Shown: positions 48,650-58,288, counted from the first letter of the stretch. The stretch: DNA of 64,000 nucleotides from Candidatus Omnitrophota bacterium (GCA_022711395.1 JAKLFA010000003.1:226509-290508); one strand, 5' to 3'. Notes: a model not told the origin generated them from the letters alone. Made by a program: numbers and translations.

Positions 48650-49018
48650 TTACGATGCAGATACGCTTTGGGATGCCTTGGCGACTTCGACCAGAGCGTT
48701 AAAAGCCTGTTCATCTGTCGCAGCGACTTCCGCCAGCATTTTTCGGTTGATCGTAACGCCTGCCCGGCTTAACCCGTTGATAAATCGACTATAAGTCAAT
48801 CCGGCGGCCCGACATGCGGCATTGATACGGATGATCCACAGTGACTTGAATTCACGCTTTTTAACCTTCCGGTCCCGGTAGGAATACGCCATCCCCTTGA
48901 TCACGGAACGGACTGCTTGACGAAACCTTGATTTTTTATGTCCAAATTGCCCTTTTGCCTCTTTCAAAAGCCTTTTTTTGCGTTCACGGCGGGCAACGGA
49001 TGCTTTAATTCGTACCAT
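48650..49018 (-). CDS. rplT: 50S ribosomal protein L20
   Basis: 122 aa: MVRIKASVARRERKKRLLKEAKG... Confidence 0.95.
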   Translation of the reverse strand: MVRIKASVARRERKKRLLKEAKGQFGHKKSRFRQAVRSVIKGMAYSYRDRKVKKREFKSLWIIRINAACRAAGLTYSRFINGLSRAGVTINRKMLAEVAATDEQAFNALVEVAKASQSVSAS

Positions 49019-49208
49019 ACGGCAACAACCTCCTTATCTTCTTCTCTTCTACTTTATCCAGATAACCGCTTTTTCGCAAAACGCGTTTGCGTTTGCGGGA
49101 CATTTTTCCCAAAATATGTCCCCGATTGGCGCTACGCTTCTTGATCTTTCCGGTCTTGGTGATCTTGAACCGTTTTGCGGCCGATCGGTTTGTTTTTAAT
49201 TTAGGCAT
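49005..49208 (-). CDS. rpmI: 50S ribosomal protein L35
   Basis: Internal start MPKLKTNRSAAKRFKITKTGKIKKR. The track ORF is extended upstream by spurious codons. Confidence 0.9.
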   Translation of the reverse strand: MPKLKTNRSAAKRFKITKTGKIKKRSANRGHILGKMSRKRKRVLRKSGYLDKVEEKKIRRLLPYGTN

Positions 49209-49295
49209 TGTATTTTTTCCTTTCTCCTGCAAGCCCTGCTCGTGCAAAATGCTTTCCTGCGCAGGGCCTTCTATGTCTGCTGTCAAAACCAACAG

Positions 49296-49814
49296 CTATT
49301 TTTTTTCTGTTTTAGGCGTTAGGACAACGTAAAGCATCCGCCCTTCCATCATGGGATTCTTTTCAGGAAGGCCGATCTCTGCCGTGTCCTTAATGAAGCG
49401 CTGTATCAGTGCGTCCCCTTGGTCTTTAAAGGCCATCTCACGTCCGCGAAAGAACAGATTCACCTTAACCTTGTCGTGTTTGTTCAAAAACGCCAGAACC
49501 TGTTTCAGCTTGATCTGATAATCATGCTCATCAATGTGCGGCTTGATCCTGATCTGCTTCAGATGAGAGACCTTTTGGTTCTTTTTAACCCGGCGCTCTT
49601 TTTTCTCTTGGTCGTATTTATATTTACTATAATCCATGATGCGGCAAACCGGGGGCTTTGCCGTCGGGGCTACTTCAACCAGATCTAGTTCTTGTTCTAC
49701 GGCCAACTCTAAGGCTCTTTTCAAAACCACAACGCCAAGCTGTTCTGAATTCGGACCGATAACCCGGACCTCTGGAGCTCTGATGCGCTCATTAACTCGG
49801 ACGAACTTTTGAAT
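49296..49814 (-). CDS. infC: Translation initiation factor IF-3, initiating at an AUU codon
   Basis: The frame is continuous from ATT at 49814-49812 and reads (M)QKFVRVNERIRAPEVRVIGPNSEQLGVVVLKRALELAVEQELDLVEV, a conserved IF3 N-domain. An AAGAGGAGGT SD lies 7 nt upstream. An in-frame TAA lies just 5' of it, and there is no ATG or GTG alternative. Confidence 0.85.
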   Translation of the reverse strand: MQKFVRVNERIRAPEVRVIGPNSEQLGVVVLKRALELAVEQELDLVEVAPTAKPPVCRIMDYSKYKYDQEKKERRVKKNQKVSHLKQIRIKPHIDEHDYQIKLKQVLAFLNKHDKVKVNLFFRGREMAFKDQGDALIQRFIKDTAEIGLPEKNPMMEGRMLYVVLTPKTEKK

Positions 49815-49844
49815 GACAGCACCTCCTCTTTATGATTGAACCTG

Positions 49845-51578
49845 TTATCTCTTATGCTGTATATCTTCCAAAGCGCGCTGTGAAAATACAGCCACGCTCA
49901 TACTTCCCAGATCTTCATTTCCGCGCTTACGCACGGAAACCATTTTTTCAGCCTGCTCTTTGTCTCCGATGACCAGAACATATGGGACTTTCTTCATGGT
50001 GCTTTCCCGAATGCGTTTACTCAAGCTTTCGTTTCGGTTATCCATTATAACCCGTATCTGCTGCCTTTGTAAATCATCCATCACGCTTTGAGCATAGGCC
50101 TCATGTTCTGTCTTGATCGGGATCACGATCGCCTGGGTCGGGGCTAACCACACCGGAAAATTCCCTGCATAATGCTCGATCAGGGTCCCGATAAACCGTT
50201 CCACGCTTCCTAAAACCGCCCGATGGATCATAATCGGCCGCTTCGCCGTTCCATCCTCATCCATATACGTCAGATCGAACCTCTCCGGCAAAGAAAAATC
50301 ACACTGGATCGTCGCACACTGCCAGGACCTTCCAATGGCGTCTTTAAGCTTAATGTCAATCTTCGGTCCATAAAACGCCCCGTCGCCAGCGTTAATTTTA
50401 TAAGGAATGTTTTTTTCTTTCAACGAACACTCCAGCGCTTCCGTCGCATGCTCCCAGTCTTCATCCCGGCCGATATATTTCTGTGGCTTGGTGCTGACTT
50501 CAATCTCCATGTTCTGAAAGCCAAAATCCTTCATCATGCTGAAAACAAAATCCAGAACGCTTTTGATCTCGCCTTTTAGTTGATCCGCCCTGCAAAAAAT
50601 ATGCGCGTCATCCTGAGTAAATCCTCTAACTCTTAAAAGGCCGTGTAAAACCCCGGCCTTTTCTTGCCTATAAACAGTCCCGAGTTCAAAAAAACGAATG
50701 GGAAATTCCCGGTACGAATGGATCTTTGAATTATAAATGAGCATGTGCCCGGGACAGTTCATGGGCTTGACCGCGTATTCTTCATCATCGACCTGAAAAT
50801 AATACATGTTCTCGCGATAATAACCGGAATGCCCGCTCTGTTCCCAAAGCTTTCCCTTTAAAATGTTCGGAGTCTGAACGAACTGATACCCGTTCTTCAA
50901 ATGCTTTTCGCGAACATAATCCTCGATGATCTTGCGCAGCATGGCGCCCTGTGGATGATAAAAAACCAGCCCCGCGCCCGCTTGCTCATGATAGATCTGA
51001 AACAGTTCCATCTGCGTGCCAAGCTTGCGATGGTCGCGCCTCTCCGCCTCTTTCAGCATATTCAAATAGGCTTCAAGCTCTTCTTTGGTTTCAAAACACG
51101 TTCCATAGATCCGTTGAAGCATGGGCCTTTTTTCATCACCGCGCCAATAGGCTCCGGCCACGGACAAAAGCTTAAAAGCTTTGATCTCCCCGGCGCTTTG
51201 AACATGCGGCCCCTTGCACAGGTCCACAAAATCCCCTTCACCAGTAGTAAAAATAGAGACCTGCTCTTCCGACAAGTCCCGGATGATCTCAACTTTATAT
51301 CGCTCTTTTCGTTTTTCAAAGAACGCAAGTGCTTCCTGCCGAGACATAAACGACTGGACGAGCTTCGGGTCGCGGTTAACGATCCGTTGCATTTCATGCT
51401 CGATCTTTTTCAGATCCTGTTCGCTGAACGGTTCAGCTTTTTCAAAATCATAATAAAAGCCGTTCTCGATCGCAGGACCGATGGCAACCTTAACATCGGG
51501 CCACAACGAAACCACAGCCTGAGCCATGATATGTGCACAACTGTGCCTTAAGGTGTCTAAATAATTTTTATATTCCAT
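49845..51578 (-). CDS. thrS: Threonyl-tRNA synthetase (short form lacking the N-terminal TGS domain)
   Basis: 577 aa. It starts in the editing (N2) domain (RHSCAHIMAQAV) and has a class II core and an anticodon-binding domain. Confidence 0.92.
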   Translation of the reverse strand: MEYKNYLDTLRHSCAHIMAQAVVSLWPDVKVAIGPAIENGFYYDFEKAEPFSEQDLKKIEHEMQRIVNRDPKLVQSFMSRQEALAFFEKRKERYKVEIIRDLSEEQVSIFTTGEGDFVDLCKGPHVQSAGEIKAFKLLSVAGAYWRGDEKRPMLQRIYGTCFETKEELEAYLNMLKEAERRDHRKLGTQMELFQIYHEQAGAGLVFYHPQGAMLRKIIEDYVREKHLKNGYQFVQTPNILKGKLWEQSGHSGYYRENMYYFQVDDEEYAVKPMNCPGHMLIYNSKIHSYREFPIRFFELGTVYRQEKAGVLHGLLRVRGFTQDDAHIFCRADQLKGEIKSVLDFVFSMMKDFGFQNMEIEVSTKPQKYIGRDEDWEHATEALECSLKEKNIPYKINAGDGAFYGPKIDIKLKDAIGRSWQCATIQCDFSLPERFDLTYMDEDGTAKRPIMIHRAVLGSVERFIGTLIEHYAGNFPVWLAPTQAIVIPIKTEHEAYAQSVMDDLQRQQIRVIMDNRNESLSKRIRESTMKKVPYVLVIGDKEQAEKMVSVRKRGNEDLGSMSVAVFSQRALEDIQHKR

Positions 51579-51612
51579 GTTTGTCCTGAACGCCGCAACC
51601 AGCGTTAAAATA

Positions 51613-51689
51613 TGGTGGACCCGACAAGACTCGAACTTGTGACCTCTTCCATGTCAAGGAAGCGCTCTAACCAACTGAGCTACGGGTCC
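51613..51689 (-). tRNA. tRNA-Val (anticodon GAC), CCA encoded
   Basis: Manual fold: acceptor GGACCCG/CGGGUCC, anticodon stem CUUCC/GGAAG with loop UUGACAU, T-arm ACAAG-UUCGAGU-CUUGU, 3' ACCA. Confidence 0.85.
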
Positions 51690-51735
51690 AGAAAATTTTT
51701 ATAGTTATCAAACAGCTTTTTTTGCTTCTTCATTA

Positions 51736-51818
51736 TGGGCAAGGTGGGAGTCGAACCCACACGGCCTTGCGGCCACAGGATTTTAAGTCCTGCGTGTATG
51801 CCATTCCACCACTTGCCC
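51736..51818 (-). tRNA. tRNA-Leu (anticodon UAA), type II with a long variable arm
   Basis: Acceptor GGGCAAG/CUUGCCC, anticodon stem CAGGA/UCCUG with loop CUUAAAA, a 15-nt variable arm UGGCCGCAAGGCCGU, T-arm GUGGG-UUCGACU-CCCAC. Confidence 0.8.
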
Positions 51819-51845
51819 CATAAAGCGCAAATGTCCATGGCTGTT

Positions 51846-51919
<74 letters not shown>

Positions 51920-51925
51920 GCAATT

Positions 51926-52477
51926 TCAAGGAACAAATTTTTCAACCGCTTCAACGATCTCTTCGATCTCTGCAATATGTCCTGTTCCATGAACTCCGCA
52001 AGCCAAATCCCCGGTCGCCGGTCCAACAAAATACGCGCCGTGTTTTTTCAATTTCTGACAATTTTCCTGAACGATGGGACTGTTATACATGTTCTCGTTC
52101 ATGGCCGGAGCGAACACAACCGGCGCCTTGGTCGCCATGACCAAGCATGTTGTCAGATCATCCGCAATGCCTGAGGCAATCTTTCCAATAACATTGGCCG
52201 TTGCCGGAGCGACCAAAACCAGATCGGCCTTTGCCAGTTCAATGTGCCCCAAGGCCCCCTGCCAAGCTTCTTTATCAAACATCGCCGTCCAGACTTTCTC
52301 GCCGGACAAAGCCTCTAAAGTCGTCTTGCCGATAAAATACTCCGCCTCCTGCGTCATGACGACCGTTACGACATACCCTTTCTTCTTAAGCTGCCGGACA
52401 ATCTCCGCTGACTTGTAAGCAGCAATGCTTCCCGTCACACAGACCACTATCGTTCGTTGAGCTTCCTTCATGGCCAC
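51926..52477 (-). CDS. coaC: Phosphopantothenoylcysteine decarboxylase-type flavoprotein (CoaC domain only; HFCD family)
   Basis: 183 aa. GSIAAYK, PATANVIGK and PAMNENMY match the N-terminal CoaC half of CoaBC. No CoaB domain is attached. Confidence 0.8.
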   Translation of the reverse strand: MAMKEAQRTIVVCVTGSIAAYKSAEIVRQLKKKGYVVTVVMTQEAEYFIGKTTLEALSGEKVWTAMFDKEAWQGALGHIELAKADLVLVAPATANVIGKIASGIADDLTTCLVMATKAPVVFAPAMNENMYNSPIVQENCQKLKKHGAYFVGPATGDLACGVHGTGHIAEIEEIVEAVEKFVP

Positions 52478-52479
52478 CG

Positions 52480-52746
52480 TTATTTTTGTTTTTCTGCGGC
52501 AGTTGCTGTTTTCACATCCGCAGGTTGTTCAGCCGGCTTAAACTGGTCTTGGACATCCGAACAGACAACCATCCCGGCACGAACTTCTTCTAAGGCGATC
52601 GTTGCGGTTTTTGTGTTCATTGGAGATTCCACCAACGGCTTTCGTCCGCTGGCTAATTCAGAAGCACGAACAGATGCCAACCGCACAAGTTTGTATATGC
52701 TCATGCCAGATTTAGGCAATAAATTTTCAATTGGAGGGTGTCCCAT
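52480..52746 (-). CDS. rpoZ: DNA-directed RNA polymerase subunit omega
   Basis: 88 aa: SIYKLVRLASVRASEL. Confidence 0.85.
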   Translation of the reverse strand: MGHPPIENLLPKSGMSIYKLVRLASVRASELASGRKPLVESPMNTKTATIALEEVRAGMVVCSDVQDQFKPAEQPADVKTATAAEKQK

Positions 52747-52842
52747 GATCGTTGCTCCTTATTCTTTTGTCTAAATTTATAAAAAGTCTGCTTTTTTATT
52801 TCTTAAAGAAGTTAATATATATATCATATCGCCATTTTTTTG

Positions 52843-53427
52843 TCAAAACCTTTTTGTTTTCAAGGCTTTCACCAAGAACTGTTCGACCTCACGGCAGGCC
52901 TTGGGCAACGATTTGTTGACAATGGTCACATCATAACGGCTGGCCTCTTTTAGCTCTTTGCGAACCCTTGCGAGCCTTTTTTTCAAGTCGGCCTCTTTTT
53001 CTGTCCCCCTTTTTTTAAGGCGCTCCGCAAGTTCTTGCAAAGAAGGGGCTTTGATAAAAACAGTGATCGCATCCGGACGCCTTTTCATCACGGTCTTGGC
53101 GCCTTGCACATCGATACACAAAAGAACGCTTTTTCCGGCCTTTAAAACATTCCTGACCTTACGATACGGGGTTCCATAATATTCGTCAAAGACCTGCTCA
53201 CATTCCAAAAAATGCCCAGCCCTCTTTTTATAAAGGAACATCTTTTTAGAAACAAACCAGTAATCCACTCCGTTTTTTTCCCCGGCACGGGGCTTTCGTG
53301 TGGTCATGGATATCGATCGTAATAGATTGTCTTTTAAGGCTTTAGATCTTAAAAGTCGTTCGTGGATACTGGTCTTTCCCGCGCCGGACGGCCCGGATAA
53401 AATAATAATGCGTCCTGTTTTTTTCAT
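52843..53427 (-). CDS. gmk: Guanylate kinase
   Basis: 194 aa: IILSGPSGAGKTS. Confidence 0.92.
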   Translation of the reverse strand: MKKTGRIIILSGPSGAGKTSIHERLLRSKALKDNLLRSISMTTRKPRAGEKNGVDYWFVSKKMFLYKKRAGHFLECEQVFDEYYGTPYRKVRNVLKAGKSVLLCIDVQGAKTVMKRRPDAITVFIKAPSLQELAERLKKRGTEKEADLKKRLARVRKELKEASRYDVTIVNKSLPKACREVEQFLVKALKTKRF

Positions 53428-53442
53428 GTTTAAAAGGACCCT

Positions 53443-54264
53443 TTATTCAACATTCTGGGCCTGTTCGCGCAACTTTTCTATCTTGCTTTTTAAAGAAATG
53501 ACGCAGTTGGAAACAATCTTGTCCTGAAACTTCGACCCGATCGTGTTCGTTTCACGTTGCATTTCTTGCGCCACAAAATCAAGCTTTTTACCGACACCGG
53601 TCGTAGAATGAACAAGGTTCTTAAACTCTTCAATATAATGCTTCAGCCTCGCCATCTCCTCGTTCACATCTACACTTTTTTGAAAATTCAGAAACTCTTC
53701 ATCGGAAAATTCTTTTTTCTTCTGTTGAAGAACCGCCTTTTCTCTCGACTCGATCTCTTTGATCCGCATCAACATGCGTTTCAAAACGCTGTTCATATCT
53801 TTAGCCAGGCTGGCTCCTTCCCGTTTCCGCATCCGGTCCATGCCCATAAGCGCCCGCGTAAGGCTTTTTTCAAAAAGCGGCCAAATCTTCTCAGGATTGA
53901 CCAAAACCTCTTGAGACTCCACAACCCCGGGCAGCTTGATCAGGTCGGAAAGAGTCAAATCGTTTTGCAAATGAAATTCTTTTTTTAAAGACCGGGCATA
54001 AGTCAAATATTGCGTCACCGCCTCCCGGTTGAACGACAGCTTGTGCTGAGGCTTGTCTGTGATCTTTAAAGAAATCGTGATCCGACCTCGACTCGCAGTT
54101 TTTTCGACGAGATTACGAACGCGGTCTTCCACCGACGCAAACCCGATCGGCAAATAGAACATAAGGTCCAAATAACGATGGTTCACGCTCTTTATTTCGA
54201 TCATCCCTCGAATTTGACCAGCGACCATTTGAGCGCTGCCAAAACCTGTCATGCCTTTGATCAT
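53443..54264 (-). CDS. yicC: YicC/YloC-family protein
   Basis: 273 aa: MTGFG...EIKSVNHRYLD. It sits in the conserved yicC-gmk-rpoZ order. Confidence 0.85.
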   Translation of the reverse strand: MIKGMTGFGSAQMVAGQIRGMIEIKSVNHRYLDLMFYLPIGFASVEDRVRNLVEKTASRGRITISLKITDKPQHKLSFNREAVTQYLTYARSLKKEFHLQNDLTLSDLIKLPGVVESQEVLVNPEKIWPLFEKSLTRALMGMDRMRKREGASLAKDMNSVLKRMLMRIKEIESREKAVLQQKKKEFSDEEFLNFQKSVDVNEEMARLKHYIEEFKNLVHSTTGVGKKLDFVAQEMQRETNTIGSKFQDKIVSNCVISLKSKIEKLREQAQNVE

Positions 54265-54301
54265 ATTGCTCCCTTCCGCAACGTCTGAATGTCTTTGCTC
54301 T

Positions 54302-55162
54302 TTAACCCCGGATCTTTTCCAGGATGCGATCCAAATCTTCTAAAGAATAATATTCGATCACGATCTTGCCGCGCTTTTTTTGCGCGTCGATCTTGACCTT
54401 TGTCCCCAAAACGCGCTGCAGCTCTTCTTCCAAGCGCACGATTTCATGGTCCCTATCGGCCGGCTTGCTTTTTTTCCTTTTCTCGTCGGAAAAAGAGGCC
54501 TTGCTGATCTGCTCTGCCTGGCGCACGCTGATGCCGCCCTCCAAAAACTGCAAAAAGACCTGATATTGTTTGTCCTTATCCTCAATGCTCAAAAGCGTCC
54601 GGGCGTGCCCCATGGAAATCATCTTTTTGGCCACAGCGTCCTGAACCGCCTGCGGCAACTTCAAAAGACGCAGGATGTTGCTTACCGTCGGGCGCTCTTT
54701 TCCTACCGCGTCAGCGACCTGTTCCTGATTAAGATGAAATTCATCCATCAAACGTTTATATGCCTTCCCCTCCTCGATCGGATTGAGTTCTTCACGCTGG
54801 ATATTTTCGATCAGCGCCAGAACAAGCGCTTCTTCGTCGCTGACATCTTTAATCAACGCCGGGATTTCTTCCAGGCCCAATGATTGGGCGGCCCGCAAAC
54901 GACGCTCTCCGGCGACGACTTCATAGCCATCGTTTTTGTGGCGCACCAGGATCGGCTGCAAAACGCCTTTTTCCCGAATAGAATTTTTCAGCTCTTCCAA
55001 TTTTTCCGGTTCATATTCAAGGCGCGGCTGCAAACTATTATGCATAACCTTTTGAACCGCAATCAGTTTGATCTCACGTGCCGAAACAGAACTTGCATCT
55101 CCTTCAACATGATCCGGTATAAGCGCTGATAATCCCTTTCCCAAAACAGAGCGTTTTTCCAT
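54302..55162 (-). CDS. parB: Chromosome partitioning protein ParB/Spo0J
   Basis: 286 aa: a ParB box (GERRLRAAQ) and HTH. Confidence 0.9.
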   Translation of the reverse strand: MEKRSVLGKGLSALIPDHVEGDASSVSAREIKLIAVQKVMHNSLQPRLEYEPEKLEELKNSIREKGVLQPILVRHKNDGYEVVAGERRLRAAQSLGLEEIPALIKDVSDEEALVLALIENIQREELNPIEEGKAYKRLMDEFHLNQEQVADAVGKERPTVSNILRLLKLPQAVQDAVAKKMISMGHARTLLSIEDKDKQYQVFLQFLEGGISVRQAEQISKASFSDEKRKKSKPADRDHEIVRLEEELQRVLGTKVKIDAQKKRGKIVIEYYSLEDLDRILEKIRG

Positions 55163-55185
55163 GAACGGGCTCCTTTATATCTTCC

Positions 55186-56034
55186 TTATTCTGTGGGCTC
55201 TGCCATATCTTCCGCCGACGCCCCATTCGAGTTTTCTTGTAAATTGTTTAATTCCAACGTTTTACAAAAAATTCCATTCCTGCTCAGAAATTCTTGGGCA
55301 AGTTCTAAATATTTTTTTGCTCCAATCGAAGCGCCATGATACAGCATAATTGGTTTACCAAAGCTTGGCGCTTCGCTTAATTTAATATTACGAGGAATAA
55401 CGGAGTTGTAAACTTTTTCTTTAAAAAAGCTCTTAATTTCATTAATAACTTCGTTTGTCAAATTCGTTCGATAATCTGCCATCGTTAATAAAACGCCTTC
55501 AATGGCAAGCTCTGGATTTAATCCCTCTTTGATCAGGTTAAGAGTGTTTAATAATTGAGAAACGCCTTCTAACGCATAAAACTCACATTGAATTGGAACA
55601 ATGATCGCATTGCTTGCAACAAGGGCGTTCAGCGTTAAAAGGCCCAAGGATGGCGGAGAATCGATGAATATGAAATCATAATGATCAGAAATGGTTTTCA
55701 GAGCTTTTTTAAGCCTGGTTTCGCGGGAAAGCGCCCCAACAAGTTCAATTTCAGCGCCAGTAAGATCAATATTACAAGGAACAATATCTAAATTTTTAAA
55801 AACGCCTTTAATAAGAGCTTCTTCAGCAGAAGATTTATTAAGAAGAATATCATAAACTGATTTTTCTAAAACGTTCTTATTTACTCCCACACCACTAGTG
55901 GCGTTTCCCTGGGGGTCCGTGTCCACCAAAAGAACTCGAAAGCCTGCCTGTGAGAGCGCATATGATAAGTTTACTGCTGTTGTGGTTTTTCCTGTGCCGC
56001 CCTTTTGATTACAAACAGAAATGATCTTGGCCAT
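55186..56034 (-). CDS. parA: Chromosome partitioning ATPase ParA/Soj
   Basis: 282 aa: deviant Walker A KGGTGKTT. Confidence 0.92.
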   Translation of the reverse strand: MAKIISVCNQKGGTGKTTTAVNLSYALSQAGFRVLLVDTDPQGNATSGVGVNKNVLEKSVYDILLNKSSAEEALIKGVFKNLDIVPCNIDLTGAEIELVGALSRETRLKKALKTISDHYDFIFIDSPPSLGLLTLNALVASNAIIVPIQCEFYALEGVSQLLNTLNLIKEGLNPELAIEGVLLTMADYRTNLTNEVINEIKSFFKEKVYNSVIPRNIKLSEAPSFGKPIMLYHGASIGAKKYLELAQEFLSRNGIFCKTLELNNLQENSNGASAEDMAEPTE

Positions 56035-56055
56035 AAAAACCCCCTCTTAAAAAGG

Positions 56056-56071
56056 CACGCTTTTATGTTCC
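56056..56071. promoter_or_regulatory. parS site (TGTTCCACGTGAAACA; 15 of 16 match to the TGTTTCACGTGAAACA consensus)
   Basis: Seen directly in the sequence, 22 nt upstream of the parA start. Confidence 0.7.
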
Positions 56072-56077
56072 ACGTGA

Positions 56078-56118
56078 AACAACAGAATGGACATTTTCCT
56101 GTCCAATCTAAAATGTCC
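56078..56118. promoter_or_regulatory. Perfect palindrome TGGACA-N6-TGTCCA plus two further direct TGTCCA copies
   Basis: TGGACA at 56078-56083; TGTCCA at 56090-56095, 56104-56109 and 56113-56118. The cluster lies between the two parS sites in the parAB promoter region. Confidence 0.3.
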
Positions 56119-56132
56119 AAACTGTCCATAAA

Positions 56133-56148
56133 AAAAGAAAAACGTTTC
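56133..56148. promoter_or_regulatory. parS site (CGTTTCACGTGAAACG; the 14-bp core is perfect)
   Basis: Seen directly in the sequence. Confidence 0.75.
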
Positions 56149-56187
56149 ACGTGAAACGTCTATTCTAAAAAATCCGCATTTTTAGGG

Positions 56188-56382
56188 TTACTTCTTTGTA
56201 ATAATGATCTTGGCCCGATCGGCCCCTTCCATTCCAAAAAGCCCCCTCTTTTCCTCATTAACAACCTTAATATTCACATCTTCTTTGGAAAGGCCGAGCT
56301 CTTTGAGACCATTTTGAATGGCGTCTTCAACCGTATTTCCTTCAAAAATCCATTTCTTTCGGGTGCTTCTTTCTGAGATCAT
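56188..56382 (-). CDS. Jag N-terminal-domain-only protein (reduced Jag/KhpB homolog)
   Basis: 64 aa, encoded immediately downstream of yidC where jag normally sits. There is no room for KH or R3H domains. The start overlaps the yidC stop. Confidence 0.55.
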   Translation of the reverse strand: MISERSTRKKWIFEGNTVEDAIQNGLKELGLSKEDVNIKVVNEEKRGLFGMEGADRAKIIITKK

Positions 56383-58019
56383 TGTGGCTCCTTATCCATA
56401 TGCTTAGCCACTAAAACCTGAGAAACAATCGATAATAAATAGAACACGGTGAAATACAAGGATAGCCCACTTGCTAGTTTATAAAATATAAATCCCAAAA
56501 ACAAGGGAAAAATCGTTGTCATCATCTTCTGCTGAGCCAACTGGTTTGGATCTGTTACCTTCATGTTTCTCGTCGACATTTTCTGCTGCACAAACATCAA
56601 AACCATCATCACAAGCGGCAAAACATTGAGCTCGCTCCCAATAACCGGAAATTGCTTACTAAAAACCATAAAGCGGTCTGGCTCAGAAAGGTCCTTGATC
56701 CACAAAAACCCAGACCCTTTAAACCAAACCGAACGCCATAAAACCTGATAAAGCCCTATAAAAATGGGCATTTGTAAAAATATTGGTAAACACCCACCCA
56801 GGGGATTTATTTTATTTTCTCCGTAAAGCTTCATGATTTCCTGGTTAAGTTTTTGAGGATTATCTTCGTATTTTTCACGAATAAGTTGTATTTTTGGCTG
56901 CAAAGACTGCATTTTTCGCATAGATAGCAAGCTTTTAAATGTCAACGGATACATTAATCCATAGATCAAAACGCTCACCAAAATAATACAGATCCCCCAA
57001 TTTGAAATACCCTTATAAAAAAATACAACCGTGTCCTGGATAATTTTTGCAATAGCATCCAACATCTGAGATTTAAAATAAACATGGATCTTTGCAAAGC
57101 TTTCATCGACTTTTTCAAGAAGCTCTGCCTTTTGCGGTCCAAAATAAAGCGTGCGATCAAAATTAACCGCCTCTCCTCCGTTCAAAATTCTTTTGTCAGC
57201 CAATTCAAAAATAGAAAGCCTCTCTTTGCTGATCACATCCACAGAAAAACCTTGAATAACATAATCTGGTCGCGCAACAAAACAAAAATATCGGTTTCGA
57301 TAACCAAACCATTTGGCTGAGGACAGCTCCTTTTTTTCCTCTTTCTCCTTAAATTCAAAAGCTCCTGTTTTTCGTAAAACATTGTCATTACTATAGATAG
57401 AATATTCTAACAAGTTTCTGTCCCGGCTCATATCCTTCTTTTCCCCGGTCGTTTTATCAACGGCATTTTTTAACCACTCTGCATCAAGATAAAGCTGCTC
57501 AATTTCAACATTAATCGTCTTTGCCTCTTCTGCCTGATTCAAAAATTCTGTCTTTTCAACAATTGAATGGGTATTTTCTAAAATTTCGTATGTTTTTGTA
57601 ATTTTTATTGAATCATTTTGTCCAATCAAAACAATTTTTTGTCCATTCTGAGAAAAAACTTCATATGGAAGATTTCTTTGCCCAACAACGGCTCCTGAAG
57701 AAACAAAAAACGGCTCCCCTCCATATTCTTTAAATTCAACCTTGCTAATGTGCGCGCCCAAGTCGCTGACAAAAAGACGGATCTTTTCGTTTTCGATTAC
57801 ATAAAGCTCTTCAGGAGCATCCATATTGTTTTTGGCGGCCTCTTCGTTTAGATGATCACGCACTAAGTCCGTGCCCTGTGAAAAAGCCACAACTTCTTTA
57901 TTTTCAATGGTTTTTGTCTGTTGAACGTCTGTCGGTGGGTTGGTTGGCGGGAAAAGTCTTCCCCAAATAATAAAAAATAAAAAAGACAGGGCTAATGCTA
58001 ACGCAAATCGTTTTTCCAT
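56379..58019 (-). CDS. yidC: Membrane protein insertase YidC
   Basis: 546 aa. It has an N-terminal TM helix, a periplasmic domain and the conserved C-terminal 5-TM core (MYPLTFKS...QPKIQ). Confidence 0.92.
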   Translation of the reverse strand: MEKRFALALALSFLFFIIWGRLFPPTNPPTDVQQTKTIENKEVVAFSQGTDLVRDHLNEEAAKNNMDAPEELYVIENEKIRLFVSDLGAHISKVEFKEYGGEPFFVSSGAVVGQRNLPYEVFSQNGQKIVLIGQNDSIKITKTYEILENTHSIVEKTEFLNQAEEAKTINVEIEQLYLDAEWLKNAVDKTTGEKKDMSRDRNLLEYSIYSNDNVLRKTGAFEFKEKEEKKELSSAKWFGYRNRYFCFVARPDYVIQGFSVDVISKERLSIFELADKRILNGGEAVNFDRTLYFGPQKAELLEKVDESFAKIHVYFKSQMLDAIAKIIQDTVVFFYKGISNWGICIILVSVLIYGLMYPLTFKSLLSMRKMQSLQPKIQLIREKYEDNPQKLNQEIMKLYGENKINPLGGCLPIFLQMPIFIGLYQVLWRSVWFKGSGFLWIKDLSEPDRFMVFSKQFPVIGSELNVLPLVMMVLMFVQQKMSTRNMKVTDPNQLAQQKMMTTIFPLFLGFIFYKLASGLSLYFTVFYLLSIVSQVLVAKHMDKEPQ

Positions 58020-58024
58020 GATAT

Positions 58025-58288
58025 TTAATCCTTTAGCGGATCATATCCTCCTTTAAAAAAAGGATTACACCGCAAAATCCTTATAACGGCTTTTTGAGCT
58101 CCCTTTAAAACTCCGAAACGTTCTACGGCCTCTAAGGCGTACGAAGAACATGAGGGATAAAACCGACAGGTTCGCGGCATATACAGACGGCTTATCTTCT
58201 GATAGGACTGAATAAAAAAACAGACGAGGCTTCTTGAAATCTTAAGAAAGCTCGTCGGTATTTTTTGCTTATTTCGTAAGCTTCGCAC
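58025..58288 (-). CDS. yidD: Membrane protein insertion efficiency factor YidD
   Basis: [26 protein letters not shown]. The true start may be an internal codon because the 5' end overlaps the rpmH 3' end. Confidence 0.8.
   Translation of the reverse strand: MRSLRNKQKIPTSFLKISRSLVCFFIQSYQKISRLYMPRTCRFYPSCSSYALEAVERFGVLKGAQKAVIRILRCNPFFKGGYDPLKD

Noticed and set aside
49700-49843. An apparent frameshift or pseudogenisation of infC between its N-terminal IF3 residues and the track ORF
   Set aside because: A careful re-translation of the minus strand shows a single continuous frame from the ATT start. The impression came from a transcription slip on my part. The track ORF simply starts at an internal GTG.
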